Of a stretch of DNA of 64,000 bases, positions 10,799 to 22,619 are shown piece by piece. The notes beneath the pieces were generated by a model. The model was not told the DNA's origin and ran no database searches. It worked only from the letters and a program-made list of their open reading frames with translations. The translations under genes were made by a program, and so were the position numbers. Origin of the DNA: Verrucomicrobia bacterium Tous-C9LFEB (GTDB lineage Bacteria; Verrucomicrobiota; Verrucomicrobiia; Methylacidiphilales; UBA1321); the NCBI GenBank assembly GCA_002304345.1, contig NEUU01000005.1:165933-229932 (forward strand), in the 5' to 3' direction. The stretch's first letter is position 1; the number at the start of each line of letters is the position of its first letter.

Positions 10799-10854
10799 AG
10801 GGAAGGGTGAAGGCTACCTGATCGGTGCGTTCATGGGAAGCCCGGTGTGATGAA

Positions 10855-12030
10855 TTATGGCTTGGTCGCGTCGGGATCGAGAGCACCGGGGGCCGGTTTG
10901 GCAATGGGGGTCGACTCGGCGGGAGGGGGCGGAATCTGGCCAGGGCGGGGTTGAAGCGTCACTTTCATCTCCACGCGCTGCAACGGGTTATCGCGGCCAT
11001 CGCGCTGAAGCGCGGAGATACGGTCGACCACTTCCATGCCGGAAATGACCTTGCCGAAGACGGTGTATTCGCCGTCGAGGAAGGGGCAGTCGATGACGCA
11101 GATATAAAACTGGCTGCCGTTGGACGACTTGAGCGGATTGACGTTGTTGGGGAGGCGGGCCATGGCGACGGAGCCGCGCTTGTGCTTGAGTTTGATTTCC
11201 GCTTGTAACGTGTAATCGGGACCACCTTTGCCATAGGTGGCGCGGTCTTCGCCCTTGCTGTTGGGATCGCCGCCCTGAATCATGAAATCGGGGATCACGC
11301 GGTGGAAGGTGGTGCCGTTGTAGAAGCCTTCGCCGGTGAGCTTTTCGAAATTCGCCACGGTCAGGGGCGCGGCCAGCGGGTCGAGTTCAATGGTGATCGC
11401 CCCGAGTTTGGTTTCAATCACGGCGACTTGTTCGCCAACGGGTTTCGGCGTGGCGGGAGCGGGCGTTTCCGCGACGGCAGGTGCAGGCGTGGGAGTGGGG
11501 GCCGGTGCGGCGGGAGTTTCGACAGGCGCGGGTGCTGCCGGTTGGGTATCCACTTTGGGCGCGGCGGTATCGACCACGATGGATTCCTTCACCTTGACCT
11601 CGACCTGTTCCGGACTGGGGGTGGTGATGGGACCGGAGCCGGTGGCCGATTTGTCGGGCTTGGGCAACTTCAAGTCATCATCAGTGGTGGCGAGGCCGGG
11701 GGTTTCTACTTCCGATGTTTTGGAGGAGGGAGAGGATTTCTTGGCCGGAGTGGCCGGGGTAGAGGGTGTGGAAGTCGTCGCCGTGGTGGTCACGACGGTC
11801 GTTTTATTTTTGATCTGCGACGGCTCGGTGGTCGGATCGGCGGCGCGTTTGCGGGCTACATTTTGGTCGAAGGCAGTGGAGGCTCGTCCCTTGAGCGGAA
11901 TTTGTGGTCCGATGATCGCGGGGTCATTCTCCTCTTTGGAGAACTGCGCGGAAATTTGCGGATCGTAAGCACAACCCACGATCAGGAGTGAAGCGGCCGC
12001 GAGTAAGAGGGAGAATCGAAATGCGCTCAA
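10855..12030 (-). CDS. Peptidyl-prolyl cis-trans isomerase, cyclophilin type, lipoprotein with a Pro/Thr/Ala-rich linker
   Basis: Lipobox (LLIVGC). A ~200-aa low-complexity P/T/A-rich region. C-terminal cyclophilin core ([15 protein letters not shown]...SQFYICV...[10 protein letters not shown]). Confidence 0.85.
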   Translation of the reverse strand: MSAFRFSLLLAAASLLIVGCAYDPQISAQFSKEENDPAIIGPQIPLKGRASTAFDQNVARKRAADPTTEPSQIKNKTTVVTTTATTSTPSTPATPAKKSSPSSKTSEVETPGLATTDDDLKLPKPDKSATGSGPITTPSPEQVEVKVKESIVVDTAAPKVDTQPAAPAPVETPAAPAPTPTPAPAVAETPAPATPKPVGEQVAVIETKLGAITIELDPLAAPLTVANFEKLTGEGFYNGTTFHRVIPDFMIQGGDPNSKGEDRATYGKGGPDYTLQAEIKLKHKRGSVAMARLPNNVNPLKSSNGSQFYICVIDCPFLDGEYTVFGKVISGMEVVDRISALQRDGRDNPLQRVEMKVTLQPRPGQIPPPPAESTPIAKPAPGALDPDATKP

Positions 12031-12911
12031 GAGGAAGCCAGTTGCAAAGGTGGTTCGATGATCGTGACGGCGTTCGGCCCGACAGACAGCCGCTCGCCAA
12101 TACGGGCATGCTGCCGTTGCACGTAGCCTAGCGCAATTCCTTTTTCGAGCGCCGGAGAATAAGCGGAACTGGTGAGGGTGCCGACCACCTTATCGCCCGC
12201 GCGCAACTCGGCGCCGGGGGCGGGGATTTCCGGTGTGTCCGACTGGAAAAGAAGCAGGCTTTTGTTCACATGGCCGATGCTTTTGATGCGGGCGATGGTT
12301 TCCTGGCCGAGGTAACAGCCCTTGGTGTAGCTGATGCCGTAGCGGTCGAGACCCGCTTCGGGCGGGAGGTTTTCCTCGGTCATGTCCACGCCCCATTTGG
12401 CGAGGCCATGCTCGAGACGCAGCGATTCCACGATGTCGTCCGGCAACCAGGGAAAACTCGGTTCACTGGTGCCCGCAATCCAGAAGTCGTGACCGGGAAG
12501 GCCGAAGCGAGCGTTCGCAAAATTCTGAGACACATCAGCCGGGGTGGAACCTTCCACGGAACCGATCAGGTGGAAAAGCGTCCACTCGTCGGTGACATCG
12601 ACCAGCTCGGCGTCGTCCGCGATGAGGTATTTCTGCAGGCGCTGGTCGAGCGCCTCGCGCAGTTCGAGGGGCGCATCGATCCAGAGCGCATCGGCGGTGG
12701 CGCTGATGAAGCAATCGCCCACGAATTTCCCCTTCGCATTCGGCACGGCGGCGTAAAGAGAGCGGCCTGCGGCGAGCTTTTTGATGTCGTTGGTGACCTG
12801 CCCATTGAGGTAGCGCACGCGGTCATTGCCGGTGAGCTTCCACAGGGCGCGCGACAGCCGCACGTAGCCGGGTTTTCCGGCGCGGAGTGAGCGATAGAGT
12901 TCCAGGTTCAT
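12027..12911 (-). CDS. ygfZ: Folate-binding YgfZ / GcvT-like aminomethyltransferase family protein
   Basis: 294 aa. N-terminus ([32 protein letters not shown]) matches the YgfZ/GcvT family. Overlaps the PPIase gene by 4 bp. Confidence 0.7.
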   Translation of the reverse strand: MNLELYRSLRAGKPGYVRLSRALWKLTGNDRVRYLNGQVTNDIKKLAAGRSLYAAVPNAKGKFVGDCFISATADALWIDAPLELREALDQRLQKYLIADDAELVDVTDEWTLFHLIGSVEGSTPADVSQNFANARFGLPGHDFWIAGTSEPSFPWLPDDIVESLRLEHGLAKWGVDMTEENLPPEAGLDRYGISYTKGCYLGQETIARIKSIGHVNKSLLLFQSDTPEIPAPGAELRAGDKVVGTLTSSAYSPALEKGIALGYVQRQHARIGERLSVGPNAVTIIEPPLQLASS

Positions 12912-12952
12912 GCAGGTATAAATAAGCTAGAGGAAAGGAACGTAATGCACAA

Positions 12953-13148
12953 TCACGGCATCGTGGTGAGAAAAATAAAGACCGTCGACAAACGACTACA
13001 AGAATCGACCGCCTCTGTTGGGTGTCGTGGTGGGTGTCGACCAAACCGATGAATTTCAAATTTCAGATTTGAGATTTCAGAGAGGCGGAGATGGGGCATG
13101 GGCTATTTATAACAGAAAAGACGCCAGAACGTTTGCGTTAGGTTTGCT
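12953..13148 (-). repeat. Repeated upstream module (copy B, inverted) with a conserved 48-aa small ORF (12953..13099, minus)
   Basis: Reverse complement aligns with 3183-3400. The encoded peptide MPHLRLSEISNLKFEIHRFGRHPPRHPTEAVDSCSRLST... parallels MRELRPFEISNLKFEIHQFGLHRPRHPTESVDACSALST... in copy A. Lies 41 nt upstream of the ygfZ start. Confidence 0.6.
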
Positions 13149-13207
13149 GCGTGAGCTAGGTGTACGAAATCTTTTGCTTTTTTTCCCCGAAAATCGGTTA
13201 ACCTGCC

Positions 13208-13681
13208 GTGCGTATGACCGAATCCACTCCCGACGATCTCGTTTTCATGGACGAAGCGCTTGCGCTCGCCCGCGAAGCGGCGGCGGCAGATGAAGTGCCG
13301 GTGGGCGCGGTGCTGGTGAAGGACGGTCAGGTCATTGCCCGCGCGGCGAACACGGTGGAGCAATCCAAGGACGCACTGGCCCATGCCGAAATGCGCGTGC
13401 TGGCCGAGGGGGAAAAGCTCGCGGGCGATTGGCGGCTCACGGAATGCACGCTGTATGTGACGAAGGAGCCGTGCCCGATGTGTGCCGGGGCGATTATTCA
13501 CACGCGGCTCAAGCGCGTGGTCTACGGCGTCGGCGATCCGAAGGCGGGCGCGTGCGGTGGGGCGATCAATCTGCTGCAACTGCCGGGGCTGAATCACCGC
13601 TTCGAATGCGTCGCCGGGGTGCGCGAAGCGGAGGCCAAGACGTTGCTGCAGGATTTCTTCCGCGCCAAACGCCAGCGGTAG
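13208..13681 (+). CDS. tadA: tRNA-specific adenosine deaminase
   Basis: HAEMRVL...CPMCAGAI cytidine/deoxycytidylate deaminase zinc motif. 157 aa. Confidence 0.9.
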   Translation: MRMTESTPDDLVFMDEALALAREAAAADEVPVGAVLVKDGQVIARAANTVEQSKDALAHAEMRVLAEGEKLAGDWRLTECTLYVTKEPCPMCAGAIIHTRLKRVVYGVGDPKAGACGGAINLLQLPGLNHRFECVAGVREAEAKTLLQDFFRAKRQR

Positions 13682-13897
13682 GGCGGCGCGCGCTTCATGA
13701 TGGTGTGCTGCCGCACGCCAAATCATCCCTCTCCTCGCCATCTGTCGATGGGGTGGTCTGAAGCTTCCCTAATTTGGAGTTTTAACGCTCCTAATTGGAA
13801 AAGGTTTTGACGATCGTGTGCTGGCGATCTCGTTTTCGTATAGAGATTTGCCATTCCTTTTCTCTTGTATCACGAATGTCGCTCCGCAACAAGTTGC

Positions 13898-13924
13898 TAA
13901 ACAATGAGATATAGAAACCGATAA
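13898..13924 (+). promoter_or_regulatory. Sigma-28 (FliA)-type promoter upstream of MCP gene 1
   Basis: CTAAA-N15-ACCGATAA matches the TAAA-N15-GCCGATAA consensus. Lies ~95 bp upstream of the 14021 start. An almost identical module precedes MCP gene 2. Confidence 0.6.
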
Positions 13925-14020
13925 TTGTTGGCACGGGACATGTGAATAGGGAGATGCGCTTTTCGAGCGGCTGATGTTGATGCCGAAGCAAAGCGGACTG
14001 CACAACAACACACAATCAAT

Positions 14021-15733
14021 ATGGAAACAATCGGTATGAAAAATTGGACCATTGGTAAGCGAATCATCTTCGGGTTCGCCAGTATCATCCTTATCAGCGC
14101 CATCCTTGGAATCTTCGCCTTCGTGCGAGTGAACTCCATTAATCACGAATCAAATCTCATTGCCAAGACAGCGGTTCCCACCTCGGTCTTGTGCGGAGAA
14201 ATGAAGTACAATCTGAGAACGGTGCTGCTCTCCACGTACCAGCACATCGGCAGTAATGACAAGGCGGACATGGCGCAACTGGAGTCCACCATTGATAAAG
14301 CGAGAGCGCGCAATACGGAAATCTTTGCCGAGCTCGACAAACTGGTGATCGATCCGAAAGGTCTCGCCCTGCTGGAAAAGGTCAAGGGCGCGCGGGGCGC
14401 TTACGCGAAAGCGACGAGCGCGGTGATGGAAATCAGCAAGAAGGGTAATGAGAACGAAAAAGCCTATAACCTGGCCCGCACCGAAATGGATGGAGCCGCC
14501 ACGGTGTACACCGCCGAATTGGATAACCTGAATGCCTTCAGCAAGGAGTCCATGTACCACGCGCTCACCGATATTCAAGAAGACGTGGCGGGTTCCAAGC
14601 TCGGGATTTTGATCGGTCTCGCAACGGCGCTCGTCGTGGGTGTGGTGTTGGCCTATGTGATCATCTCGGCCGTGAGCCGGGCGTTGACCTCGATTGCGAA
14701 CGCGCTTGGTGAAGGTTCCAACCAGATCGCCAGCGCGACGTCGCAGTTGTCGTCCACAAGCCAGTTGCTGGCGGAAGGGGCGAGCGAACAGGCGGCGTCA
14801 CTGGAAGAGACCTCCTCTTCGATGGAAGAGATGGCGAGCATGGTGACGGCCAACGCGACGAGCGTGCAGGATTCCAAGACGCTGGCCAGTGAGACGCGCC
14901 AGACGACCACGCAGAATGTGAGCCGGGTGCAGGAGCTGAAGAGCTCGGTGACGGAAGCGCAGAGCTCTTCAACCGAATTGACTCAGGCGATGGAAGCGAT
15001 CAAGCAGTCGAGCGATTCGATCGCGAAGATCATCAAGACCATCGACGAGATTGCGTTCCAGACGAACATCCTCGCGTTGAACGCGGCGGTGGAAGCGGCC
15101 CGGGCGGGAGAAGCCGGCATGGGCTTCGCCGTGGTGGCCGATGAAGTGCGCAATCTGGCCAAGCGCAGCGCGGATGCGGCGAAGGAAACGGCCTCGATCA
15201 TCGAGGACTCCATCCGCAAGAGCGAGAATGGCGTGAAGGTGAACGAGCAGGTGGTGAAGAACCTCACCGACATTGATACCAAGAGCAAGCAGGTCGATAA
15301 CGGTCTGCAGGAGATTCTCACGAAGGTGGGCAAGGTCGACGAGACGATGGGGCAGATCGCCTCCGCCTCGAAGGAACAGAGCTCGGGCATCAGCCAGGTC
15401 AATATTGCCCTGACGCAGATGGACAAGGTGACGCAATCCTCCGCGGCCAGTGCCGAGGAAACCGCCAGCGCCGCGGAAGAACTCAACGCCCAGGCCATGG
15501 AACTCAAGGGCGCGGTGGATCAGCTCCTGCGCTTGGTCGGGTCCAAGTCGGGTGGAGCGGCCACCCCGGCTCCCACTCATGCCAGCCAGAGCCGCGTCTC
15601 CGCTCCGTCAACGGGGCTGAAGAAGACCTTCACCACCCCCAGCCGCTCCACGCCCACCAAGGCCGCTCCGGCCTCGGCCAAATCGGGTGAGTCGATTCCG
15701 ATGGAGAGCGACTTCGAAGACATGCATAATTGA
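14021..15733 (+). CDS. Methyl-accepting chemotaxis protein (4-helix-bundle sensor, HAMP, MCP signalling domain)
   Basis: N-terminal TM, periplasmic helical domain, second TM. Highly conserved MCP signalling core ([37 protein letters not shown]). Confidence 0.9.
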   Translation: METIGMKNWTIGKRIIFGFASIILISAILGIFAFVRVNSINHESNLIAKTAVPTSVLCGEMKYNLRTVLLSTYQHIGSNDKADMAQLESTIDKARARNTEIFAELDKLVIDPKGLALLEKVKGARGAYAKATSAVMEISKKGNENEKAYNLARTEMDGAATVYTAELDNLNAFSKESMYHALTDIQEDVAGSKLGILIGLATALVVGVVLAYVIISAVSRALTSIANALGEGSNQIASATSQLSSTSQLLAEGASEQAASLEETSSSMEEMASMVTANATSVQDSKTLASETRQTTTQNVSRVQELKSSVTEAQSSSTELTQAMEAIKQSSDSIAKIIKTIDEIAFQTNILALNAAVEAARAGEAGMGFAVVADEVRNLAKRSADAAKETASIIEDSIRKSENGVKVNEQVVKNLTDIDTKSKQVDNGLQEILTKVGKVDETMGQIASASKEQSSGISQVNIALTQMDKVTQSSAASAEETASAAEELNAQAMELKGAVDQLLRLVGSKSGGAATPAPTHASQSRVSAPSTGLKKTFTTPSRSTPTKAAPASAKSGESIPMESDFEDMHN

Positions 15734-15766
15734 ACGATTGTTGTGTGAAGCAGCCCGCAAGGCAGA

Positions 15767-15798
15767 ACGTCCTCCCGAAAGGGAGGACGTTTCTTTTT
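15767..15798 (+). terminator. Rho-independent terminator after MCP gene 1
   Basis: ACGTCCTCCC-gaaa-GGGAGGACGT followed by TTCTTTTTG. Confidence 0.8.
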
Positions 15799-16046
15799 GT
15801 CTCGAGGCGATCTGCAGACAATTCTCTGCGTTGCCCGAGGGTGTTCTCGTGGGGCGCTGTCAGTCCTGACTGGGGTGCCGAATTTAACGCAGGGGGAGTT
15901 ACTTTCCTGTCGTTTGACTTACCGTTTCGTAGCTCCTGGCGGCCTAGAAAGAAATTTTACTCACGCAAAATTTTTTATCTCTATTCCGTATAAAGATTTA
16001 CGCCGTTTTCTTCATGTTCGAAACCTCGGTTTTTCTAATAACTTGC

Positions 16047-16073
16047 TAAACAAGGAGATATCGGACCCGATAA
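16047..16073 (+). promoter_or_regulatory. Sigma-28 (FliA)-type promoter upstream of MCP gene 2
   Basis: CTAAA-N15-CCCGATAA, ~90 bp upstream of 16164. Flanking sequence (TTGCTAAACAAgGAGATA...CCGATAAaTGTgGCACaGGAtATGTGA) is conserved with the promoter at 13898. Confidence 0.6.
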
Positions 16074-16163
16074 ATGTGGCACAGGATATGTGATTGAATC
16101 GTGCGCGACCGCTAACAAGGACGTTCAGGTCGCGGACAGCAACCACACCACACAACAAAAATT

Positions 16164-17840
16164 ATGAAAAATTGGACCATCGGCAAGCGCATCATCTTTG
16201 GCTTTGCCAGTATCATCGGCATCTCGGCAATCCTGGGAATTTTTGCCTACACACGGATTCTGTCGATCAACAAAAACTCCACTGAGATTTCCGATCAATC
16301 GATCCCCACTTTCGCCAATGCCAGTTTGGCCAAGTACAATCTGACGGCGAGTACCTTGGGGGTGTTCCAGACCCTCACGCTCAACGATCAAACCGAGATC
16401 GATCTGCTTAAAGCCAGGTTGGGGGCGATCACCGAGTCGCAGACCAAGGCAATGGCCGCGCTGGAGTCGCTCCTGACTGAACCCAATGAAAAGGCCATGT
16501 TTGAGAAGGTGAAAGGTGACCGGGCGCCCTATCTCAAGGCCCGTGCGAACCTGATCGCGGTGGGGCGTCCGACTGCTGAGAATGAAAAGGCGTACAACAA
16601 GGCCTTCCAGGAATTCAATGCCGCCAATGACCAATACGTCAAGGACCTGGAAACGTTGATCACCTATAGCCAGGGCGAACAACAGCAGGCGACGCTCAAC
16701 ATCGTTTCGGCTGTCACCAGCTCCAAGGTGGGAATCCTGCTCGGACTGGCCATCGCTCTGGTCGTCGGCGTCTCTCTGGCTTTCGTCATCATCAGTAGTG
16801 TCAGCCGGGTGCTGACTTCGATCGCGACCTCGCTGGGTGAGGGTTCCAACCAGATCGCCAGCGCGACATCCCAGTTGTCGTCCACGAGCCAGTTGCTGGC
16901 GGAAGGGGCGAGCGAACAGGCGGCGTCGCTGGAGGAGACCTCCTCCTCGATGGAAGAGATGGCGAGCATGGTGACGGCCAACGCGGCGAGCGTGCAGGAT
17001 TCCAAGACGCTCACGAGCGAAACGCGTCAAACAGCCGTGCAGAACACGGAGCGCGTGCAGGAACTCAAGGGCTCGGTGACGGAAGCGCAGACGTCTTCGA
17101 CCGAATTGACGCAGGCGATGGAAGCGATCAAGCAGTCGAGCGATTCGATCGCGAAAATCATCAAGACCATCGACGAGATTGCGTTCCAGACGAACATCCT
17201 CGCATTGAACGCGGCGGTGGAAGCGGCCCGGGCGGGAGAAGCCGGCATGGGCTTCGCCGTGGTGGCCGATGAAGTGCGCAGCCTGGCCAAGCGCAGCGCG
17301 GATGCCGCGAAGGAAACGGCTGCGATCATCGAGGACTCCATCCGCAAGAGTGAGAACGGGGTTCGCGTGAACGAAGTCGTGGTGAGCAAGCTCGTTGACA
17401 TCGACACCAAGAGCAAGCAGGTCGATAGCGGCCTGCAGGAGATTCTGGCAAAAGTGGGCAAGGTCGATGAGACGATGGGACAGATTTCCTCGGCGTCGAA
17501 GGAGCAGAGTTCCGGTATCAGCCAGGTCAACATTGCGCTGACGCAGATGGACAAGGTGACGCAATCCTCCGCGGCCAGTGCCGAGGAAACCGCCAGTGCC
17601 GCGGAAGAATTAAGCGCGCAGGCGATGGAGCTGAAGGGCGCGGTGGGCCAGTTGCTGGAATTGGTTGGCGGTAAGAATGGCGCCAGCTCGAGCCCGGCTC
17701 CGTCGGTCGTCCGTACCCGGTCGACTCCTGTGTCGTCGAAGAAGAATGCCTTCGTGTCGGCCTCTCGCACGAGCGCCGCGCCAGCCAAGAAGGATTCCGG
17801 GATTCCGATGGAGAGCGATTTCCACGATATCCATAATTAA
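16164..17840 (+). CDS. Methyl-accepting chemotaxis protein (tandem paralog of 14021..15733)
   Basis: Same architecture. The signalling/HAMP region is ~95% identical at nucleotide level to the upstream paralog, whereas the periplasmic sensor region has diverged. Confidence 0.9.
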   Translation: MKNWTIGKRIIFGFASIIGISAILGIFAYTRILSINKNSTEISDQSIPTFANASLAKYNLTASTLGVFQTLTLNDQTEIDLLKARLGAITESQTKAMAALESLLTEPNEKAMFEKVKGDRAPYLKARANLIAVGRPTAENEKAYNKAFQEFNAANDQYVKDLETLITYSQGEQQQATLNIVSAVTSSKVGILLGLAIALVVGVSLAFVIISSVSRVLTSIATSLGEGSNQIASATSQLSSTSQLLAEGASEQAASLEETSSSMEEMASMVTANAASVQDSKTLTSETRQTAVQNTERVQELKGSVTEAQTSSTELTQAMEAIKQSSDSIAKIIKTIDEIAFQTNILALNAAVEAARAGEAGMGFAVVADEVRSLAKRSADAAKETAAIIEDSIRKSENGVRVNEVVVSKLVDIDTKSKQVDSGLQEILAKVGKVDETMGQISSASKEQSSGISQVNIALTQMDKVTQSSAASAEETASAAEELSAQAMELKGAVGQLLELVGGKNGASSSPAPSVVRTRSTPVSSKKNAFVSASRTSAAPAKKDSGIPMESDFHDIHN

Positions 17841-17866
17841 TCAGCGCCCGAAACGTTCAAAAAAAA

Positions 17867-17895
17867 CGCCCTCCGACATGGAGGGCGTTTTTTTT
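17867..17895. terminator. Bidirectional rho-independent terminator between MCP gene 2 (+) and the convergent secreted-protein gene (-)
   Basis: A8-CGCCCTCC-gacat-GGAGGGCG-T8: a perfect stem flanked by A- and T-runs. Confidence 0.85.
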
Positions 17896-17909
17896 GAAAC
17901 GGAAAGGCG

Positions 17910-18515
17910 TTATTTCATCTTGCGGGGAATCGCGACGAAATTGGACAGATAGACCTCGCCGGTTCCGGGTTGAATCTCGATGACGAGGGGCAGGTCGCGC
18001 GTTCCGGGGACGACATCGTAGACGAATCCCACCTGTCTTTTCTTTCCCGGTTCAACGCGGACATCGGTATAGGTGATGGTCCGTCCTTGATCAAAATAGG
18101 CCCGGATCACGGTCGGCGTCTTGGGCTTCAGATCGCTGCTGCCTTCCACATCAAACTCAAATGCGAGGGCCACAATATCCGTGGTAAGCTTCATGGCGCC
18201 GTTGATGGTGTGAGGGCCAGCCGCACGAAGTTTCACCTCAAGGACCTTGATTCCGTCGCGATCAATGATGTTGCCGCTGCCGCGCCAGCCGTTTTTGCCG
18301 TCGGAAAAATCGCCGTTGCGAAAGAGATTTTCACCCTTGTCTTTATCCTTTTTTTCCACCGCGACGACGGTGGGACCGGAGGTGTTTTCCGCGGGCTGGC
18401 TGCTAGTCGCGGTGGGGTTCGGATTTTCCTGCGCTTGCACGACCGTCGGCGCGAGCAGCACCGCGGTTACCATAGCTACTGTGGAAAGGAGTTTCATACG
18501 GGGAACGGTAGGCAC
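17910..18515 (-). CDS. Small secreted beta-sandwich (CBM4/9-like) protein, family member 1
   Basis: Signal peptide. The NLFRNGDFSDGKNGW motif typically opens CBM4/9-type jelly-roll modules. C-terminal ...PGTGEVYLSNFVAIP motif is shared with the paralogs. Confidence 0.55.
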   Translation of the reverse strand: MPTVPRMKLLSTVAMVTAVLLAPTVVQAQENPNPTATSSQPAENTSGPTVVAVEKKDKDKGENLFRNGDFSDGKNGWRGSGNIIDRDGIKVLEVKLRAAGPHTINGAMKLTTDIVALAFEFDVEGSSDLKPKTPTVIRAYFDQGRTITYTDVRVEPGKKRQVGFVYDVVPGTRDLPLVIEIQPGTGEVYLSNFVAIPRKMK

Positions 18516-18543
18516 GAAAGGAGCGGAATTGCGAGCTTCAATT

Positions 18544-18942
18544 TCAGGCGCTGGCGGGCCAGTTTTCCATGAGTTCGAGGATGTTGCCTTCCGGATCGCG
18601 GAAAAAACAGATGCGCAGGCCGGGGACGGGTAGTTTGTCGAGGATGGGGTCGGCCGTGATGCCGTCTTCTTTCAACTTGTCGATGGCTGCTTCCAGATTG
18701 TCCACGCTGAAGGCGAGATGGCGAAGGCCGATCTTTTGTTCGCCGCCGCGCTCGGTGGCTGCGGTGTCGGCGGCGCGGGGAAAAAATTCCAGGCAACAGG
18801 CGCCGCAACGCAGCATGATGAATTCGTTGGGCTGGCCTTCATTGAAGGTCCAGACACGTTTGAAACCAAAGTGGCGGGCGTAGAATTTCTCCTGCGCGTG
18901 GATGTCGTGACAGTGAAAGGCGATGTGATGGATGGCGGGCAT
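18544..18942 (-). CDS. VOC family (glyoxalase/bleomycin-resistance/dioxygenase) protein
   Basis: 132 aa. MPAIHHIAFHCHDIHAQEKFYARHFGF... matches the VOC fold N-terminal metal-binding region. Confidence 0.8.
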   Translation of the reverse strand: MPAIHHIAFHCHDIHAQEKFYARHFGFKRVWTFNEGQPNEFIMLRCGACCLEFFPRAADTAATERGGEQKIGLRHLAFSVDNLEAAIDKLKEDGITADPILDKLPVPGLRICFFRDPEGNILELMENWPASA

Positions 18943-18952
18943 AAGGGTTTAT

Positions 18953-19525
18953 TTATTCTACTCCGAGGACGACGAAGTTGGTGAAGCAAAGGGGGCCTGT
19001 GCCGGAGCGGGTGATGATTTCAAAGGTGAAGTCGCGCTGGCCGTCGGGGACTTCCCGGTCCCAGTGAATCGTCTGCCAGCCGCCGCCGGGCTTGACGGTG
19101 ATGTTGTTAAAGGAGTGACCGCCGCGAGCCTTGTTGATTTGCATGCGGAAGTCCGCGACCGCGCCGTCGCTCGATTTGACTTCGAAGGAGATTTTCAAGA
19201 TGCGAACGTCGCGAACGGTTTTCCACGAGGTGCCGAGGGACTGGGGCTCGCGGCGGGTGGTGTCGAGTTCAAGGGCGTTGCGATTGTCGACCTGGATGAT
19301 CTTGCCGCGGGAATACCAGTCGGATTTGCCGCGTTCAAAATCGCCGTTGCGCAGCAGATTTCCCGGCGTGTCGGTGCTGGCACCTTCAACCGGTACGACG
19401 ACGGGACCGGAGGTCGTGGCGGTGTTCTCCGGCGGTGGTGTGGTGGCGGGTGGTTCCTGAGCCAGAAGTGGAACCAGAGAGAAAATGGAAACGATTGCCG
19501 CGAATAAATACCCCATGCGTTTCAT
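18953..19525 (-). CDS. Small secreted beta-sandwich (CBM4/9-like) protein, family member 2
   Basis: Signal peptide, an NLLRNGDFERGKSDW motif, and a C-terminal ...SGTGPLCFTNFVVLG motif. Paralog of 17910..18515. Confidence 0.55.
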   Translation of the reverse strand: MKRMGYLFAAIVSIFSLVPLLAQEPPATTPPPENTATTSGPVVVPVEGASTDTPGNLLRNGDFERGKSDWYSRGKIIQVDNRNALELDTTRREPQSLGTSWKTVRDVRILKISFEVKSSDGAVADFRMQINKARGGHSFNNITVKPGGGWQTIHWDREVPDGQRDFTFEIITRSGTGPLCFTNFVVLGVE

Positions 19526-19608
19526 TGCTGTACCCTAGAAGGCCACAAGGGGAGAAATCCAGATTAATCTCGAGACGCGAGGCGATCGCGGTGAGGAGAT
19601 GTTGCCTG

Positions 19609-20022
19609 CTAACCGCGCTTTTTGGTCTTCAGATTGAACTGCACGAGCGAGCGGGCCAGCATGGCCTGCGTGGCTTCGAGTTCTTCGCCGACGAGGGTCT
19701 GGGTGCGGAGGGCTTCCTGGGCGCGGGCGATGGCTTCCTTGGTCTTTTGCTCGTCGATGTCGTCGGCCTTGATGGCCATGTCGGTGAGGACGGTGACGGT
19801 GCCTTGCGAGATTTCGGCAAAGCCTTCGCCGATGGCCAGAGTGCTGGTCTTGCCACCGGCGGTGATGCGGAGTTCGCCGGGCTGGACCTCGGTCATGAGC
19901 TTGGCGTGATTGGGTAACGCGCCGATTTCACCCTCGCTGCCGGGCAGGAGCACGCCTTCGACGTTGCCGTCGTAGATGCTGCCTTCCGGCGTGACGATCT
20001 GGAGATGAAATGTGGAAGCCAT
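19609..20022 (-). CDS. atpC: F0F1 ATP synthase subunit epsilon
   Basis: 137 aa. The N-terminus (MASTFHLQIVTPEGSIYDGNVEGVLLPGSEGEIGALPNHAKL) matches the epsilon-chain family. Last gene of the operon. Confidence 0.9.
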   Translation of the reverse strand: MASTFHLQIVTPEGSIYDGNVEGVLLPGSEGEIGALPNHAKLMTEVQPGELRITAGGKTSTLAIGEGFAEISQGTVTVLTDMAIKADDIDEQKTKEAIARAQEALRTQTLVGEELEATQAMLARSLVQFNLKTKKRG

Positions 20023-20040
20023 GATGGGTGCCTTTTTTTA

Positions 20041-20133
20041 GACGAAATTAACGAGATTTACGAAATTGAAGAAAAGGCAAAGCTCAACGCCTTTCATTCC
20101 GTTTCAAATTCCGTTAATTCCGTAAATTTCGTC
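20041..20133. repeat. atp intercistronic quasi-palindromic AT-rich repeat R1 (atpD|atpC gap)
   Basis: Left arm GACGAAATTAACGAGATTTACGAAATTGAA and right arm TTCAAATTCCGTTAATTCCGTAAATTTCGTC. Each arm is three 9-mer units (T/A)ACG(A/G)(A/G)ATT, in inverted orientation around an AT-rich core. Confidence 0.8.
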
Positions 20134-20149
20134 AAAATCTTTTCTTTGC

Positions 20150-21601
<1,452 letters not shown>

Positions 21602-21605
21602 TTAA

Positions 21606-21720
21606 GACGAAATTAACGAGATTTACGAAATTTGAAAAAGGCGCGAGGTGCTTGTTTGTTTCCTATTTTTCACTTCTATTTCTTGTTTTAACTAATTCCG
21701 TTAATTTCGTTAATTCCGTC
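21606..21720. repeat. atp intercistronic repeat R2 (atpG|atpD gap)
   Basis: Same terminal arms as R1 (GACGAAATTAACGAGATTTACGAAATTTGAA ... AATTCCGTTAATTTCGTTAATTCCGTC) with a different AT-rich core. Confidence 0.8.
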
Positions 21721-21743
21721 AAAAAGTTTGTTTTGCCTTGTCT

Positions 21744-22601
21744 CTAGCCGAGCGCGGCTTGCGCGGTGCTGATTTCGAGCAGTTCGGTCGTGATCATGGC
21801 CTGACGTGCCTTGTTGTATTCAAGGGTCAAGTCTTTCACGAGCTGCTTGGCGTTGTCGGTGGCGTTCTTCATGGCGACCATGCGGGCGCTGTGTTCGGAG
21901 GCCTTGGAATCGAGCAAGGTTTGATACGTCTCGTAGTGGACGTAGAACGGCAGCAACTTGGCGAGCAGTTCCGGGCCGCTCGGTTCGAAGAGGTAGTCGC
22001 CGGGGGTGATGCCGGTGATGGCCACCTTGGCATCGAGCTTGTGCGCACCGATGGGGAGGATATCGATGACGGTCGGCTTTTGGTTGATCGTGTTGATGAA
22101 GCGGGTGTAGTGGATTTCCACCGCATCGAAGTCGTGCTTGATGAAGCCGTCGATCAGGAACGTGCTGATGCGTTTGCTGTCGCGGAAGGTGAAATTGTCG
22201 CGAATCTCGAAGTCGGCCAGCAAGGTCTTGCCCGAACGCGCGAGGAATTGGCGGCCCTTGCGACCGGCGGTGACGTACACCTTGTTGGGTGCGTCCTGCT
22301 TCAGGACTTCGCGCAGCAAATTGGTATTGAGCGCGCCGCAGAGACCCTTGTCCGTGGTGACGACGAGCGCGCAGATCTTCTTCACTTTGCGCTCTTCGAG
22401 GAGCGGGTGGGTGAAGTCGCCGCCCGCGTCGTGCAGATGCGCGCCGAGTTCATCCAAACGCAACGCGTAGGGACGGCCGGCAATGGCCGCCTGCTGCGCC
22501 TTGCGCATGCGGGAAGCGGCCACCATCTGCATGGCTTTGGTGATCTGCGCCGTGTTTTTGATCGACTTGATCCGGCGTCTGATGTCGCGCAAGTTGGCCA
22601 T
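21744..22601 (-). CDS. atpG: F0F1 ATP synthase subunit gamma
   Basis: 285 aa with N- and C-terminal coiled-coil helices (MANLRDIRRRIKSIKNTAQITKAMQMVAASRMRKAQ...). Confidence 0.9.
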   Translation of the reverse strand: MANLRDIRRRIKSIKNTAQITKAMQMVAASRMRKAQQAAIAGRPYALRLDELGAHLHDAGGDFTHPLLEERKVKKICALVVTTDKGLCGALNTNLLREVLKQDAPNKVYVTAGRKGRQFLARSGKTLLADFEIRDNFTFRDSKRISTFLIDGFIKHDFDAVEIHYTRFINTINQKPTVIDILPIGAHKLDAKVAITGITPGDYLFEPSGPELLAKLLPFYVHYETYQTLLDSKASEHSARMVAMKNATDNAKQLVKDLTLEYNKARQAMITTELLEISTAQAALG

Positions 22602-22619
22602 AGTTTTAGAGAGTTTTTA

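Noticed and set aside
13898-13950. Sigma-54 promoter (TGGCAC-N5-TTGC) suggested by the conserved TGGCAC(G/A)GGA downstream of the MCP promoters.
   Set aside because: No TTGC/TGCA -12 element follows at the correct spacing. The TAAA-N15-CCGATAA match to sigma-28 is much better and fits chemoreceptor genes.
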